The notes below the pieces were generated by a model that had not been told where the DNA came from, made no database searches, and saw only the letters and a program-made list of their open reading frames with translations. From Octopus sinensis (lineage: Eukaryota): a stretch of DNA of 47,793 nt. Shown here piece after piece: positions 1 to 11,640 of this stretch (position 1 is the stretch's first letter; every line of letters starts with the position of its first letter). The DNA lies in NCBI RefSeq assembly GCF_006345805.1, contig NW_021834554.1:1-47793 (forward strand), given 5' to 3'. The translations under genes and the position numbers were made by a program.

Positions 1-107
1 AAGAAGAAGAGGAGGAAGGAGGAGAAGAAGAAGAAGAAGAGGAGGAAGGAGAAGAAGAAGAAGAAGAAGAAGAGGAGGAGGAAGGAGGAGGAGGAGGAGA
101 AGAAGAA
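1..107. repeat. (GAA/GAG)n trinucleotide microsatellite
   Basis: Directly visible aagaagaagaggag... run. Confidence 0.97.
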
Positions 108-289
108 ACATCTTCCCCACTTCACACCTCATCCTTCCACCCCCCACCACTGAGAACCGAATGACCTCCCTCTCCTTCCTTCACACTCTCCTTACAAATG
201 GATCCAGAACGAATTGTTTTAAATGAAAGAATGATGAATGAGGATAGGTCAATGAACACTTGCAAGTACAATCAAGTGTTTGTCGTTAA

Positions 290-345
290 TAATAATGATG
301 ATAATAATAATAATAATAATAATGATAATAATAATAATAATAATG

Positions 346-378
<33 letters not shown>
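290..378. repeat. (AAT)n microsatellite
   Basis: Directly visible; source of the poly-N/poly-I ORFs. Confidence 0.97.
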
Positions 379-504
379 GCGACTGCTTTTATTGGCCACA
401 AGGACCCACAACATGGAGGAGAATATCAAAGGATGAGATACAACAGACAAAAACAGATGGGGTTTACATTGATCAAGGGGAGATGCTACAACATTAAAGG
501 ATAT

Positions 505-645
505 AGCAAAAGGATTACATTGACCGCCCCAGTGTGTAACTGGTACTTATTTTGTTGCCCCTGAAAGGATGGAATTTGGATGTGCAGATGGACAAAATGC
601 CACTGAGCTGTTTGTCTGACATGCTAACCATTCTGCTACCTCCTT
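505..645 (-). mobile_element. Degraded SINE family A copy
   Basis: ccccagtgtgtaactggtacttatttt...aaaggatg...gacatgctaaccattctgcta matches better copies at 18893-19106 and 40268-40500. Confidence 0.55.
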
Positions 646-797
<152 letters not shown>

Positions 798-1380
798 TCA
801 GAGGGAATATAAGAGACGCCATGACAATATAGCAAGGCTTGTCCATTGGACACTTTGCAACAAGTATGGACTTGACAGAGCAAAAAATTGGTATGACCAC
901 AAACCTGAAGGCACCATCAAAAATGATATTGCAATGATCCTGTGGGATTTTATGATCCAGTGTGGCCATGAGATGGAGAATAGGAAGCCAGACATAGTCT
1001 TAATTGAGAAAGAAAACAAACTTTGCTGGATCATAGATGTAGCATGCCCAGCTGAAAACAAGGTATGCGATAAGGAAGAAAGAAAAGTCAAGAGATATGA
1101 CAGGTTAGCTTGGGAGGTAAAGTAGTTGTGGTCGATGAAAAGGTGGTAGTGATACTAATAATTGACGGAGCCCTTGGAACAGTGAGCAAAAATCTTGAAA
1201 AGTACATGGAAAAAATAGGGGCTGCAACAAGGGTGGAGCACTTGCAGAAAACAGCACTGCTTGGAACTGCTCAAATACTCGATTTGGTGCTCGAAAAATA
1301 AGGGGTGTTACCTTAGTTCACTGGTAGTGAACAGCTGACACCTAGTACATCTCCAGCATTAAACGTTGTGCAAAGACAAC
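798..1380 (+). mobile_element. 5'-truncated RLE-type non-LTR retrotransposon, R4/Dong-like (copy 1)
   Basis: Translates YKRRHDNIARLVHW..ILWDF..NRKPDIVLIEK..WIIDVACP..K.KRY..GALGTV..LQKTALLGTAQILDLVL*, with an in-frame stop and a frameshift; flanked by (AAT)n and (AAC/AAT)n. Confidence 0.9.
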
Positions 1381-1447
1381 AACAACAACAGTAATAATGA
1401 TAATAATGATGAGGATGATGATGATGATGATGATGATGATAATTATA

Positions 1448-2000
1448 AAATCAAAACTGCTGACAAATTGTACAAGCATTACCCTGAGGCTGTAACTGAG
1501 GGAGAAAATGTACATACAGACCTGACCATCAAAGCTAATAAACCAGATGTTGCTGTGAAAGACCAAAACTTTATTGATTAACATGAATATTCCTTGTGAC
1601 CATAATATCTTGGCTTATCAAAAATTTGATAAGCTCAGAAAATATAAAGATTTTGCTGACTGAAATCGAAAAAATGTGGCATCCCAAGATGGTTGCAATA
1701 CCAGTAATTATAGGAGTACTTGGAATGATCAAAGAAAGAACGGAAAATTATTTAAGAATGATTCCTAGCTTACCATCCATGCAGGAAGTGCAAAAGATTG
1801 TCTTAACTGCTACGTCACACATATTGAGGAGAGCATTGGCACTATGAATTTTCTTTCCTTCGCCCCCTAATTTTTGCTATTACATGACTTTGTAAATGAA
1901 CAATCTGGTGTGTTTATTTTAATGGCCTACCAATGTATATAGTGAGTTTCTCTGCCCTGTCAGAAGGACACCTGGCAAGAAATGGAACTAAAATTGAAAG
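1448..2000 (+). mobile_element. R4/Dong-like RLE LINE 3' fragment (copy 2)
   Basis: TDLTIKANKPDVAVKD..EIEKMWHPKMVAIPVIIGVLGMIK..EVQKIVLTATSHILRRALAL*; 3' UTR runs into aataacaacaataataat. Confidence 0.88.
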
Positions 2001-2029
2001 AAGATAATAACAACAATAATAATACAAAA

Positions 2030-2680
2030 ATTGCTGCAGTAGGGTGGGACTATTTACATTGGAAAACATGTAAACACTACAAAATCAACACTCCTGCTTA
2101 CTGGTATTAACATCATCCTGGCCCAGTTGTTGAAGGTAAAATTGTCACTACCCTCTGGGATTTTCCAGTCAATAGTGACAGAACGATCAAGGATAATTGA
2201 CCAGACATAGTCATTAAAGACAAGGAAGAAAATACTTGTAGACTAATAGATGTAAGTGTTCCCACTGATAAAAAACATATCTGTCAAGGAATTTGACAAA
2301 TTAAGTTAATATAAGGACCTGGAAATCGAAATACAAAAGATGTGGCATCTTAAAGCAAGAACTGTTCCTGTTATTGTGGGTGTCCTAAATACGATAAGAA
2401 AGGGACGTCAGAAACATCTAGATAAGATCCCAGGAGAACCAGGTCTCAGAGAAATCCAAATGACTGTACTGACAAGTACTGCCCACGTCCTTAGAAAAAC
2501 CCTATCCATTTAAATGTCTGTGCTGTATTACATAAAGATATTTCACTACAGCCCCTCCCCAAGCTTTCAGTCATACTGTAGCATTTCTTATCCTTCACTC
2601 GCCCCAGGACGCTGGGTGTGTTTCGGCGAGTGATTGTAACAAACATGTAGATTAAAAGTAGATAAAAATGATAAAAATAA
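2030..2680 (+). mobile_element. R4/Dong-like RLE LINE 3' fragment (copy 3)
   Basis: YLHWKTCKHY..LWDFPVNSDRTI..PDIVIKDKEENTCRLIDVSVP..YKDLEIEIQKMWHLK..VPVIVG..TSTAHVLRKTLSI* (stop 2511-2513); several stops and frameshifts. Confidence 0.9.
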
Positions 2681-2689
2681 CAATGGTTT

Positions 2690-2900
2690 CAAATTGTGGC
2701 ACAAGGCCAGTAATGCTGGGAGAAAGGGGTTTAGATTATTACTTTGACCCCAGTACTCAACTGGTACTTATTTTATGGATCTTGAGAGGATGAAAATCAA
2801 AGTTGATCTTGCTGAGATTTGAACTCAGAATGCAATGAGTTAGAACAAGTGCTGTTAAACATTGTCTGATGCACTAATGATTCTGCTAGCTCATCACCTT
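2690..2900 (-). mobile_element. SINE family A (tRNA-headed)
   Basis: ggcacaaggcc...gaccccagtactcaactggtacttatt...atttgaactcagaa (B-box gagttcaaat on the minus strand). Confidence 0.8.
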
Positions 2901-2905
2901 CAATG

Positions 2906-2951
<46 letters not shown>

Positions 2952-2971
2952 TAATAATAATAATAAATAAT

Positions 2972-3529
2972 AAATGCCCTGAGGCAGTACCAGGCAGTGG
3001 CTCTCATGGCTTCTGATCTTAACTGATTGGAAGTGTTATCATGTACATTGTTTTGTCTTGGTATAAAAGATGGGCTACAGTAAATATTCTGCTCAATACC
3101 ACAGATTTGCTTGTCAGTTGTTTGACCTTAACCAGTTGAGCATGTCCCTTAGTGGCTGACGATATGTGCATCTCTGATCACAAGCAGAAGTAGTGGGGGA
3201 GCATCATAGCCATGTGTTGAGAGGGATTCTTTGGGTTTTGAATAATTCACCTCTGGAAACATGGGTGGTTCTTTCAATATCCTTAAACAACCCTTATTCA
3301 GAGACCGTTTGAGCGGAATGGGCTACTCAACCTGAAGAAAATTCTAACTGGGCCCCACCTGCAAGGTCATGTGCTGTTTATCTTGATATGAGATCACCAT
3401 GTCGCGCACATATGGTTGTGAGGCATGTGCCTGGTGTACCCTTATCAGACGGGTAGTCATGATGGGTATATTGGGCTTCGTATGTTTTACCCCAGTGTCA
3501 CTTTGATGGCATGAACTGCTCTCTCACTC

Positions 3530-3530
<1 letters not shown>
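2972..3530. mobile_element. ~555-bp non-coding element embedded in an (AAT)n tract (putative non-autonomous retroelement)
   Basis: Balanced-composition island with sharp (AAT)n on both sides and no long ORF. Single copy in the window, so repeat status is inferred. Confidence 0.5.
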
Positions 3531-3594
<64 letters not shown>

Positions 3595-3608
3595 TAATAA
3601 TAATAATG

Positions 3609-3639
<31 letters not shown>

Positions 3640-3835
3640 TAATAATAATAATGATAATAATAATATTAATAATAATAGTAATAGTAATTTTCTTTTGTTA
3701 GTCTCAAGGTCCAGAGATGCTGATGACATTACAAAGTCATGATGATGATGATGATGATGATGCTGACAACGATGATGGTGACAATGATGATGATGATGAG
3801 GATAATGATGATAACGAATGGCAAGATCAGTTTGT
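3530..3835. repeat. (AAT)n and (GAT)n microsatellites
   Basis: Directly visible. Confidence 0.95.
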
Positions 3836-4489
3836 TTCTAATAATAATCATTATCATTCAGTGATTATATCAAATTTTGGTAATTTTTCATTTTTGTTTT
3901 GCAAAAACAAAGAAAAGAAAAAAGAACCAAAATCGCAAGCAAACCAACATACAAGCCAAAGAATATTTTGGTATTTTATGCATTTTTATTAGAATTATTT
4001 ATCAAGTTCTTTATCAGGTCAAAATCTAAGCTAAAATTTACTAGGGAAATGCTGTTACTGACTCTTAAAAATTGTTATTTTTTCTTTTTTTCCTTTCGTT
4101 TTTTCTTCCTTTTTTTTATTTTTTACCATCAAGATTTTCCCTTATTTTTATTTTCAAAAATTTCTTTTACTTTTCTTAAAAATTTTTGCATAGAATAAAC
4201 AGAAGAAAAACAAGCCATTTAGTGCCAAGATGTTGAGGAAAACATTTTCTTTTCTATTTGCTGTTGTTGTTATTGTCATTGCGGTTATTATTATTATTAT
4301 TATTATTATTATATTATTAACATCATCATCATTATTATTATTTTGTTTTTGCCTTTCTTATATTCTCTGATATCTTTGAAATCAGGTTGAATGGATTGCA
4401 TTACCATTTCGAAGTCTTGAAGTGGTTTCTTTTTTACTCCCAAAGTAAAAATTGATATTTATTTTTTTGGCAAGTTTAGAATTATATAC

Positions 4490-4528
4490 ATACATACGTA
4501 CATACATATATATGTGTATATTTATATA

Positions 4529-4574
<46 letters not shown>

Positions 4575-4893
4575 TATATATATATGTATATACACATACA
4601 TACATATACATTATATATGTATATATGTATGTGTGTGTGCATATATATATATATATAATATATATATATACACATGCATATATATATATATATATGTATA
4701 TACACACACCACACATACACACATGCACACATACACACACACCCATACATATAAGCTTGAGTATTTTCATGTCAGCATGTGTATGTTTGAGTATGTATGT
4801 GCACATATGCACACACACATGCATATATATATATATATGTGAGTGTATGTGTGCATGTGTTTGTACATATATATATATATATATATACATATA

Positions 4894-4940
<47 letters not shown>

Positions 4941-4966
4941 ATATATATATATATATATATATATAT

Positions 4967-5007
<41 letters not shown>

Positions 5008-5045
5008 CACATATTTATATATACATATCTATTTGAATAAACATA
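4490..5045. repeat. Compound (TA)n/(TG)n/(CA)n microsatellite
   Basis: Directly visible; source of the YI/VC ORFs. Confidence 0.96.
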
Positions 5046-5595
5046 TACTTACACCAATTTATATAAGGATTTTGCAGTTCTATGTCTATATTAGATGCCT
5101 CCCATACATATTCGCTCAAATAGATTTTACATACAAACATACGTGCACAAATTTATACATACATGTTCTTCACGAAGCTGACACAAGTGCATTTGTCACA
5201 TTTATATCAATAGGTGTATGCATTCACACAAGCACACACTTGTACTTATATATGTGCATTTGCACCAGGACACACACACACACACACAGATGCACAGAAG
5301 GAGACATATATACTCAGTCATATACTCACACAAACACACATGAATACTTACAAATAAGTTTATCTTCACATATTCATGTAGTTGTATGAACGTCTAACTA
5401 TACATGCTTACATATATGTCTACACACACACACACAAACATACATACATACCTACATACCTACATATATATATATACATATATATATATACATATACACA
5501 TTGACTTACATATATATTCAAATACGCAATCACATACATATTAGTTCTTTATAAGTATGAGTATGTATATATATGTTTGTGTGTATGTATGCACA

Positions 5596-5641
<46 letters not shown>

Positions 5642-5812
5642 CACACACACATGTGTATATTCATTTGTTTAGGTGACAAGGAGACAAATTCATCTCATGA
5701 CAGAATGCACAATAGCAAGAAACTCAGAGTGAAAAGTCAATTTCAAAAGAACAAATATACTCTGTTGCTTGTATTGAGTATGCTCACTCCCATTTGTGAG
5801 CAGAAATGCAGA

Positions 5813-5870
<58 letters not shown>

Positions 5871-6512
5871 AGAGAGACAGAGAGAGAGAGATAGATAGAT
5901 AGGTAGATATATACATAGATTGATATAGATACAATCAAATGTTTGAGGTATGGTGTTATATATAGAGTCGTTGGCTTGAATTTGATGTTTGTTCTATGGT
6001 CAATGTTTCTTTATCTTTATCTCAATTACACTTGAGAGCACTTCTCTTTTGCAGTCCTATAAACCCTTTTGTTTCCATAAAAAGAGACAAATATTATTTT
6101 TTGCCGTACATATATATATAAATACAATAAGAGACTTCCAAATAGGGAAGCATTGAGCTAGAACACAAAAAGGGATAAATTCACGAAAGGAATGAAAATT
6201 AAAAGCATTTACGATCTCAACTATATCCCAGACCGACGGTTTCTAACTATTTCCAGCAAACAAAAGAAAAATATATATTTGCCGAAGGCCAGTTTCTTCA
6301 GTGGGTCAGCCTTGATAATCCTGATGCACAGACGGTTAGATCCACATGTAGATCTAACGGTTTGTAAATCCTAACTTTTCAAACCTCTGCGCAGAAGCAA
6401 ATCATACCCGGTGACAGAGAGGATGCCAGTAAAAAATTTACAAACAAATTTATCAAACAATATTTATTACCAGGCCACTGGTAATAATAATTTATTATTA
6501 CCCTATTTTATT

Positions 6513-6572
<60 letters not shown>

Positions 6573-6607
6573 AAGGTACTTCAAATTCACCTTACCTTAA
6601 TTAAAAA

Positions 6608-6661
<54 letters not shown>

Positions 6662-6692
6662 TATAAATTAATATATATGTATATATATATAT

Positions 6693-6982
6693 AGAACCAT
6701 GACCAACCAGGCTCTCAGATGTTGCTACACATCGCTGGTCACAATGCGCTTTGCATTGGTTTAGCCTTCGAATGATGCCACCCCGCTGGCTAAGCGAGCA
6801 GGCCAACAGAAGAAAGAGTGGGAGAAAGAGTAGTGAAAGAGTACACCATCCCCTGCCGGAGCTTCTTGGAGCTTTAGGTGTTTTTGCTCAATAAACACTC
6901 ACAACGCCCAGTCTGGGAATCGAAACCGCGATCCTACGACCGCGAGTCCACTGCCCTAACCACTGGGCCATTGCGCCTCCAC
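6693..6982 (-). mobile_element. SINE family B (tRNA-Arg-like head), tail variant 1
   Basis: Minus strand begins ggaggcgcaatggcccagtggttagggc (A box) ...ggtttcgattccc (B box) ...aaaacacctaaagctcc; same head at 13575 and 38542. Confidence 0.9.
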
Positions 6983-7070
6983 ATATATATATAATATATA
7001 TATATATATAATATTATATATATATATATATATATAATATATTATATATATATATATATATATATAATTA

Positions 7071-7121
<51 letters not shown>

Positions 7122-7163
7122 CATATTATATATATCATATATTATATATATATACATATATAA

Positions 7164-7199
<36 letters not shown>

Positions 7200-7234
7200 C
7201 ATAAATATATATATATAATAAATTATATATATAT
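6983..7234. repeat. (TA)n-rich microsatellite
   Basis: Directly visible. Confidence 0.96.
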
Positions 7235-8035
7235 ATAAGAATGAATGTTTTTATATATAATGAACGTGAAATACAGGAAGGGACGAACACGGAACACAGA
7301 CAAATCATTCGAAGCCTTCAATCTTCAGTCAGACACCGAATCATCATAGCAAATTTCGGCTGTTCAATTCTGATATTTGCTCCAACTCGGCCAGCCCCAA
7401 GAAAAAAAACTAAGCTGTAAGCATTAGATTTCTTGGTAGAAGACAGGAATGTGAACGCACAAGACGGATGTGAATACAAGAGATGAAAACGAAATTGAAA
7501 ACAGTAATGAATAAACAAAATATATATAACGGTGGTTGTCATACGACTTTAGACCAAATGAGACAAAAACAACAACAACAACATAGCTGGCGTAGAAATA
7601 ATTACCGTTTCGGTAGCAGGGACACATGTTGGTCGAGATACGAAGGCCAACAGAATGGTTTAAGAAGCAGCACGTCGCAGAGAGAGAGAAAGAGAGACAG
7701 AGACAGAGAGAGAGGGAATCAAAGAGGGTGGAAGGCAGGGGACAGAATCAGTGACCAAGAGAAAAGGAGAAAGAAGGGATTAAGGAGGATGGGAGGAAGA
7801 GGGGAGGAGGATGGGAGGAAGAGAGGGGAAGAATCGGAGGGCGCCAAAAAATTTGGTCAAGAAGCAATGGCGGGTAGAAAGACAGTGTGTATAGAAGTCG
7901 TGCAGGGTTTAAATTGGACAAACAAAGGGGGGGGGGGGGTGCACGTAACGCTGCAATAATATAAGAATGAATGTTTTTATATATAATGAATGTGAAATAC
8001 AGGAAGGGACGAACACGGAACACAGACAAATCATT
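7235..8035. mobile_element. ~800-bp element bounded by 75-bp direct repeats
   Basis: 7235-7309 and 7961-8035 match at 74/75 positions (ataagaatgaatg...cacagacaaatcatt); (TA)n on both sides. Confidence 0.65.
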
Positions 8036-8049
8036 ATATATATATATAT

Positions 8050-8084
<35 letters not shown>

Positions 8085-8409
8085 TATAGATAGATATATA
8101 GATAGATAGATAGATATAGATATATATATATATATATATTTAATTAAGGTAAGGTGAATTTGAAGTTACCTTACCCTAATTAACTTGTTCTAAATGACTT
8201 GAGATACTCGTCCTGCCTTGGCTTTTGTTGTCCTTTTTCCTTTAATATACTCCTGCTAACTTGGAAGCCTAATATGGATCCCTAGTTCCAGCGTCAGATG
8301 TGAACTTGGAACCAAATGGACGACCAATTACAGCACTTAATCAGTGAACTATTTATTTAGATCACCAGAGAACTAAACCCCACATGTTCATTATATATAT
8401 GTATATATA

Positions 8410-8815
8410 CATATATATATATACTCTTTTACTTGTTTCAGTCATGTGATTGTGGCCATGCTGGAGCATCGCCTTTAGTTGAGCAAATCAACCCCAGGAC
8501 TTATTCGTTGTAAGCCTAGTACTTATTCTATCGGTCTCTTTTTGCGGAACTGCTAAGTTATGGGGACATAAACAAACCGGCATCGGTTGTCAAATGATGT
8601 TGGGAGGACAAACACAGACACACAAACATATACACACATATACATATATATATATAGAACAGGTTTCTTTCAGTTTCCGTCTACCAAATCCACTCACAAG
8701 GCTTTGGTCAACCCAAGGCTATAGTAGAAGACACTTGCCCAAGGTGCTACACAGTGGGACTGAACCCGGAACCATATGGCTGGTAAGCAAGCTACTTACC
8801 ACACAGCTACTCCTA
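8410..8815 (-). mobile_element. SINE family C (tRNA head plus CORE-like ccttgggcaagtgtcttctactatagcc)
   Basis: Minus strand reads gtagctgtgtggtaagtagcttgc..ggttccgggttcagtccc..ccttgggcaagtgtc; homologues at 24085, 24498, 31005. Confidence 0.88.
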
Positions 8816-8863
8816 CACCTATTCTTACCACACAACCTCTCCTACACCTATACATATATACAT

Positions 8864-8907
<44 letters not shown>

Positions 8908-9023
8908 ATGCATATTTGTGTGCATTTATAAAATATTTACTTACACTGTCTTGTACATGTTTCATTAACAAAGAAGGATTATGAATTAATTATACAGAAT
9001 GAAAGTTATATAATTCAATTGTA

Positions 9024-9192
9024 TTGTCAAATCTTCAGAGATAACTTACATTGATAACATTACTGGATTAGTGACAGTGCTGTCAACAATGGGTAAGCAA
9101 ACCTAAGCTGTTTGCTTATCAGTAACGGCAGTACTGTCAATTTATTCTGTAACAATCCAAATTGAAGTTATGCATCTCTGAAGATTTGACAA
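9024..9192. repeat. Degenerate ~170-bp palindrome (old MITE/fold-back candidate)
   Basis: Perfect 19-bp terminal inverted repeat (9024-9042 / 9174-9192) plus inner stems gacagtgctgtc/ggcagtactgtc and ggtaagcaaac/gtttgcttatc. Confidence 0.75.
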
Positions 9193-9564
9193 GGTAATTT
9201 GATTGCATAATTTACATTATATAATCAATAATCTACCTTTGTGAGTGAAACCTGTGGAAAATGGCATGAGTAAATATCTTATAAACAATGTTTCTGATTT
9301 GTTTTGTTTCCTATAGGCACTCCCTGACATGCCCAACCAATGAGAAACAAACAGCCAGTCTATTTATATACACAACAATTTACATACTAATTTACATACT
9401 GTAAATGTTTAACACTTTATTTTAATAGCAGCAGCCTGTCAATGGGGATCTCAGACCAGACAACACCAAGGTATGATATGATACATGGAAGCCAAAATTA
9501 TAGACATACAAACATTGCAAATTTAACTATTCCTTGTAGGTGGACATAAGTTCTTGCATTTATA

Positions 9565-9940
9565 AGTGTGTATATATTCTTACTTATATATAGGTGTGTA
9601 TATATTCTTATTTATATGGGTGTGTATATATTCTTATTTATATAGGTGTGTATATATTCATACATATATAGGTGCATATATATTCTTACTTATATAGGTG
9701 TGTATATATTCTTACTTATATATGTGTGTATATATTCTTACATATATAGGTGTTTATATATTCTTATTAATATAGGTGTGTGTATATTCTTACATATATA
9801 TAGGTGTGTATATATTATTACATATATATGTATAAGTGTATATATATTCTTACGTATATATTAGTGTGTATATATTCTTACATATATATAGGTGTGTATA
9901 TATTCTTACATATATAGGTGTGTATATATTCTTACATATG
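9565..9940. repeat. ~24-26 bp minisatellite (tataggtgtgtatatattcttac...)
   Basis: About 14 visible units; degenerate units resume at 11262-11320, 11650-11760 and 12150-12260. Confidence 0.92.
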
Positions 9941-9944
9941 ATCT

Positions 9945-11231
9945 CTGGAGATGTGCTGTGACTACTAAGACCAGGGATGCTTCCGGCACCAGTTCCACAT
10001 ACCCCCTGCCCATTCAAAGTACCTTGGATCCCGGAACATCTCGCTGTGCTTGAGGAGACCTGTTGAGTCAAGTGCATATACATGAACATCGAACCAAATA
10101 TCAATGGAAACAGTAGCTGTGATACCTGTGCCGGTGACACATAAAAAGCACCATCCGAACGTGGCTGTTGCCAGTGCAGCCTCGACTGGCTTCTGTGCTG
10201 GTGGCACACAAAAAGCACCATCTGAACGTGGACCGATGCCAACCCCGCCTCGAATGGCTTCTGTGCCGGTGGCACATAAAAAGCACCTTCCGAACATGGC
10301 CGATGCCAGCACCGCCCCGACTGGCTTCTGTGCCGGTGGCACATAAAAACCACCATCCGAACGTGGCCGATGCCAGCACCGCCTCGACTGGCTTCTGTGC
10401 CGGTGGCACATAAAAAGCACCAACCGATCGTGGGATCCCGGAACATCTCTCTGTGCTTGAGGAGACCTGTTGAGTCAAGTGCATGTACATGAACATCGAA
10501 CCAAATATCAATGGAAACAGTAGTTGTGATACCTGTGCCGGTGACACATAAAAAGCACCATCCGAACGTGGCCGTTGCCAGTGCAGTCTCCACTAGCTTC
10601 TGTGCCGGTGGCACATAAAAAGCACCATCCGAACGTGACCGATGCCAACCCCGCCTCGAATGGCTTCTGTGCCGGTGGTACATGAACATCGAACCAAATA
10701 TCAATGGAAACAGTAGTTGTGATACCTGTGCCGGTGACACATAAAAAGCACCATCCGAACGTGGCCGTTGCCAGTGCAGCCTCCACTGGCTTCTGTGCCG
10801 GTGGCACATAAAAAGCGCCATCCGAGCGTGACTGATGCCAACCCTGCCTCGAATGGCTTCTGTGCCAGTGGCACATAAAAAGCACCTTCCGAACGTGGCC
10901 GATGCCAGCACCGCCCCGACTGGCTTCTGTGCCGGTGGCACATAAAAAGCACCATCTGAACGTGGCCGACGCCAGCACCGCCTCGACTGGCTTCTGTGCC
11001 GGTGGCACATAAAAAAGCACCAACCGATCGTGGCCGATGCCAGAACCCTCTGGCATCTGTGCAGGTGGCACGTAAAAAGCACCCACTACACTCGCGGAGT
11101 GGTTGGCGTTAGGAAGGGCATCCAGCTGTAGAAACACTGTCAGATCAGACTGGAGCCTGGAGCAGCCCCTGGCTCCCCAGACCCCGGTCGAACCGTCCAA
11201 CCCGTGCTGGCACGGAAAACGGATGTTAAAC

Positions 11232-11262
<31 letters not shown>
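9945..11262 (+). mobile_element. RTE-type retroelement 3' region with expanded 67-bp tandem array and (GAT)n tail
   Basis: tgtgcttgaggagacc..gagtcaagt block, then 67-bp units (gtgccggtggcacataaaaagcaccatccgaacgtggccgatgcc...), then gttggcgttaggaagggcatccagctgtagaaa..gttaaacgatgatgat; the same tail is joined to RTE coding sequence at 44262-44830. Confidence 0.85.
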
Positions 11263-11264
<2 letters not shown>

Positions 11265-11329
11265 ATAGGTGTGTACATGTTCTTACATATATATAGGTGT
11301 GTATATACTCTTATATGTAGATGCATTGT

Positions 11330-11640
11330 GAAGGCGCATGGCCCAGTGGTTAAAGTGTTGCACTCATGATCAGGAGTTTACGGTTTCAATTCCTGGTCTG
11401 AGTGGTGCTTTGTGTTCTTGTGTAAAACACTTCATCCCATGTTGCCCTGCTATCACTTCAACACCTGAAGCATGATACACCATGCACCTGTACAGGCAAC
11501 ATCAATTTGATGGACAAAGTGAGCTGATGTCCAGCACATCCTTTTGGCCAATGTAAACAAAACATCTGTGCAGGTTGTTCAGAAAGTAATTGCAGAATTG
11601 TCTTAGACTACAAGAGGCTACCATTAATATGGGTGCCTTG
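11330..11640 (+). mobile_element. tRNA-headed SINE (head related to families B/E)
   Basis: aaggcgcatggcccagtggttaaagtg..ggtttcaattcctgg: A and B boxes. Confidence 0.7.

Noticed and set aside
7310-7340. CTGAAGA plus a short hairpin on minus as a hammerhead
   Set aside because: There is no GAAA..UH half and no stem I pairing.
9075-9080. CAGUGC as an iron-responsive element loop
   Set aside because: The required 5-bp upper stem and bulged C do not form.
9039-9092. Plus-strand exon-like segment (ITYIDNITGLVTVLSTM, faintly cadherin-like)
   Set aside because: It lies inside the palindrome, whose symmetry creates the acceptor-like site; the next acceptor gives an immediate stop; it is opposite to the supported gene.
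9237-9251. 15-nt phase 0-0 micro-exon candidate on minus (VSLTK)
   Set aside because: Splice sites are plausible, but such short matches arise by chance; it needs junction reads.
10120-11040. CRISPR-like appearance of regularly spaced palindromic repeats
   Set aside because: The intervening sequences are homologous to each other rather than unique spacers, there are no cas genes, and the context is a eukaryotic retroelement.
9850-11082. 410-aa and 272-aa minus-strand ORFs with repeated FLCATGTEA/DGAFYVPPAQKP motifs
   Set aside because: Antisense read-through of the 67-bp VNTR. The period is not a multiple of 3, so the same motifs appear in all frames.
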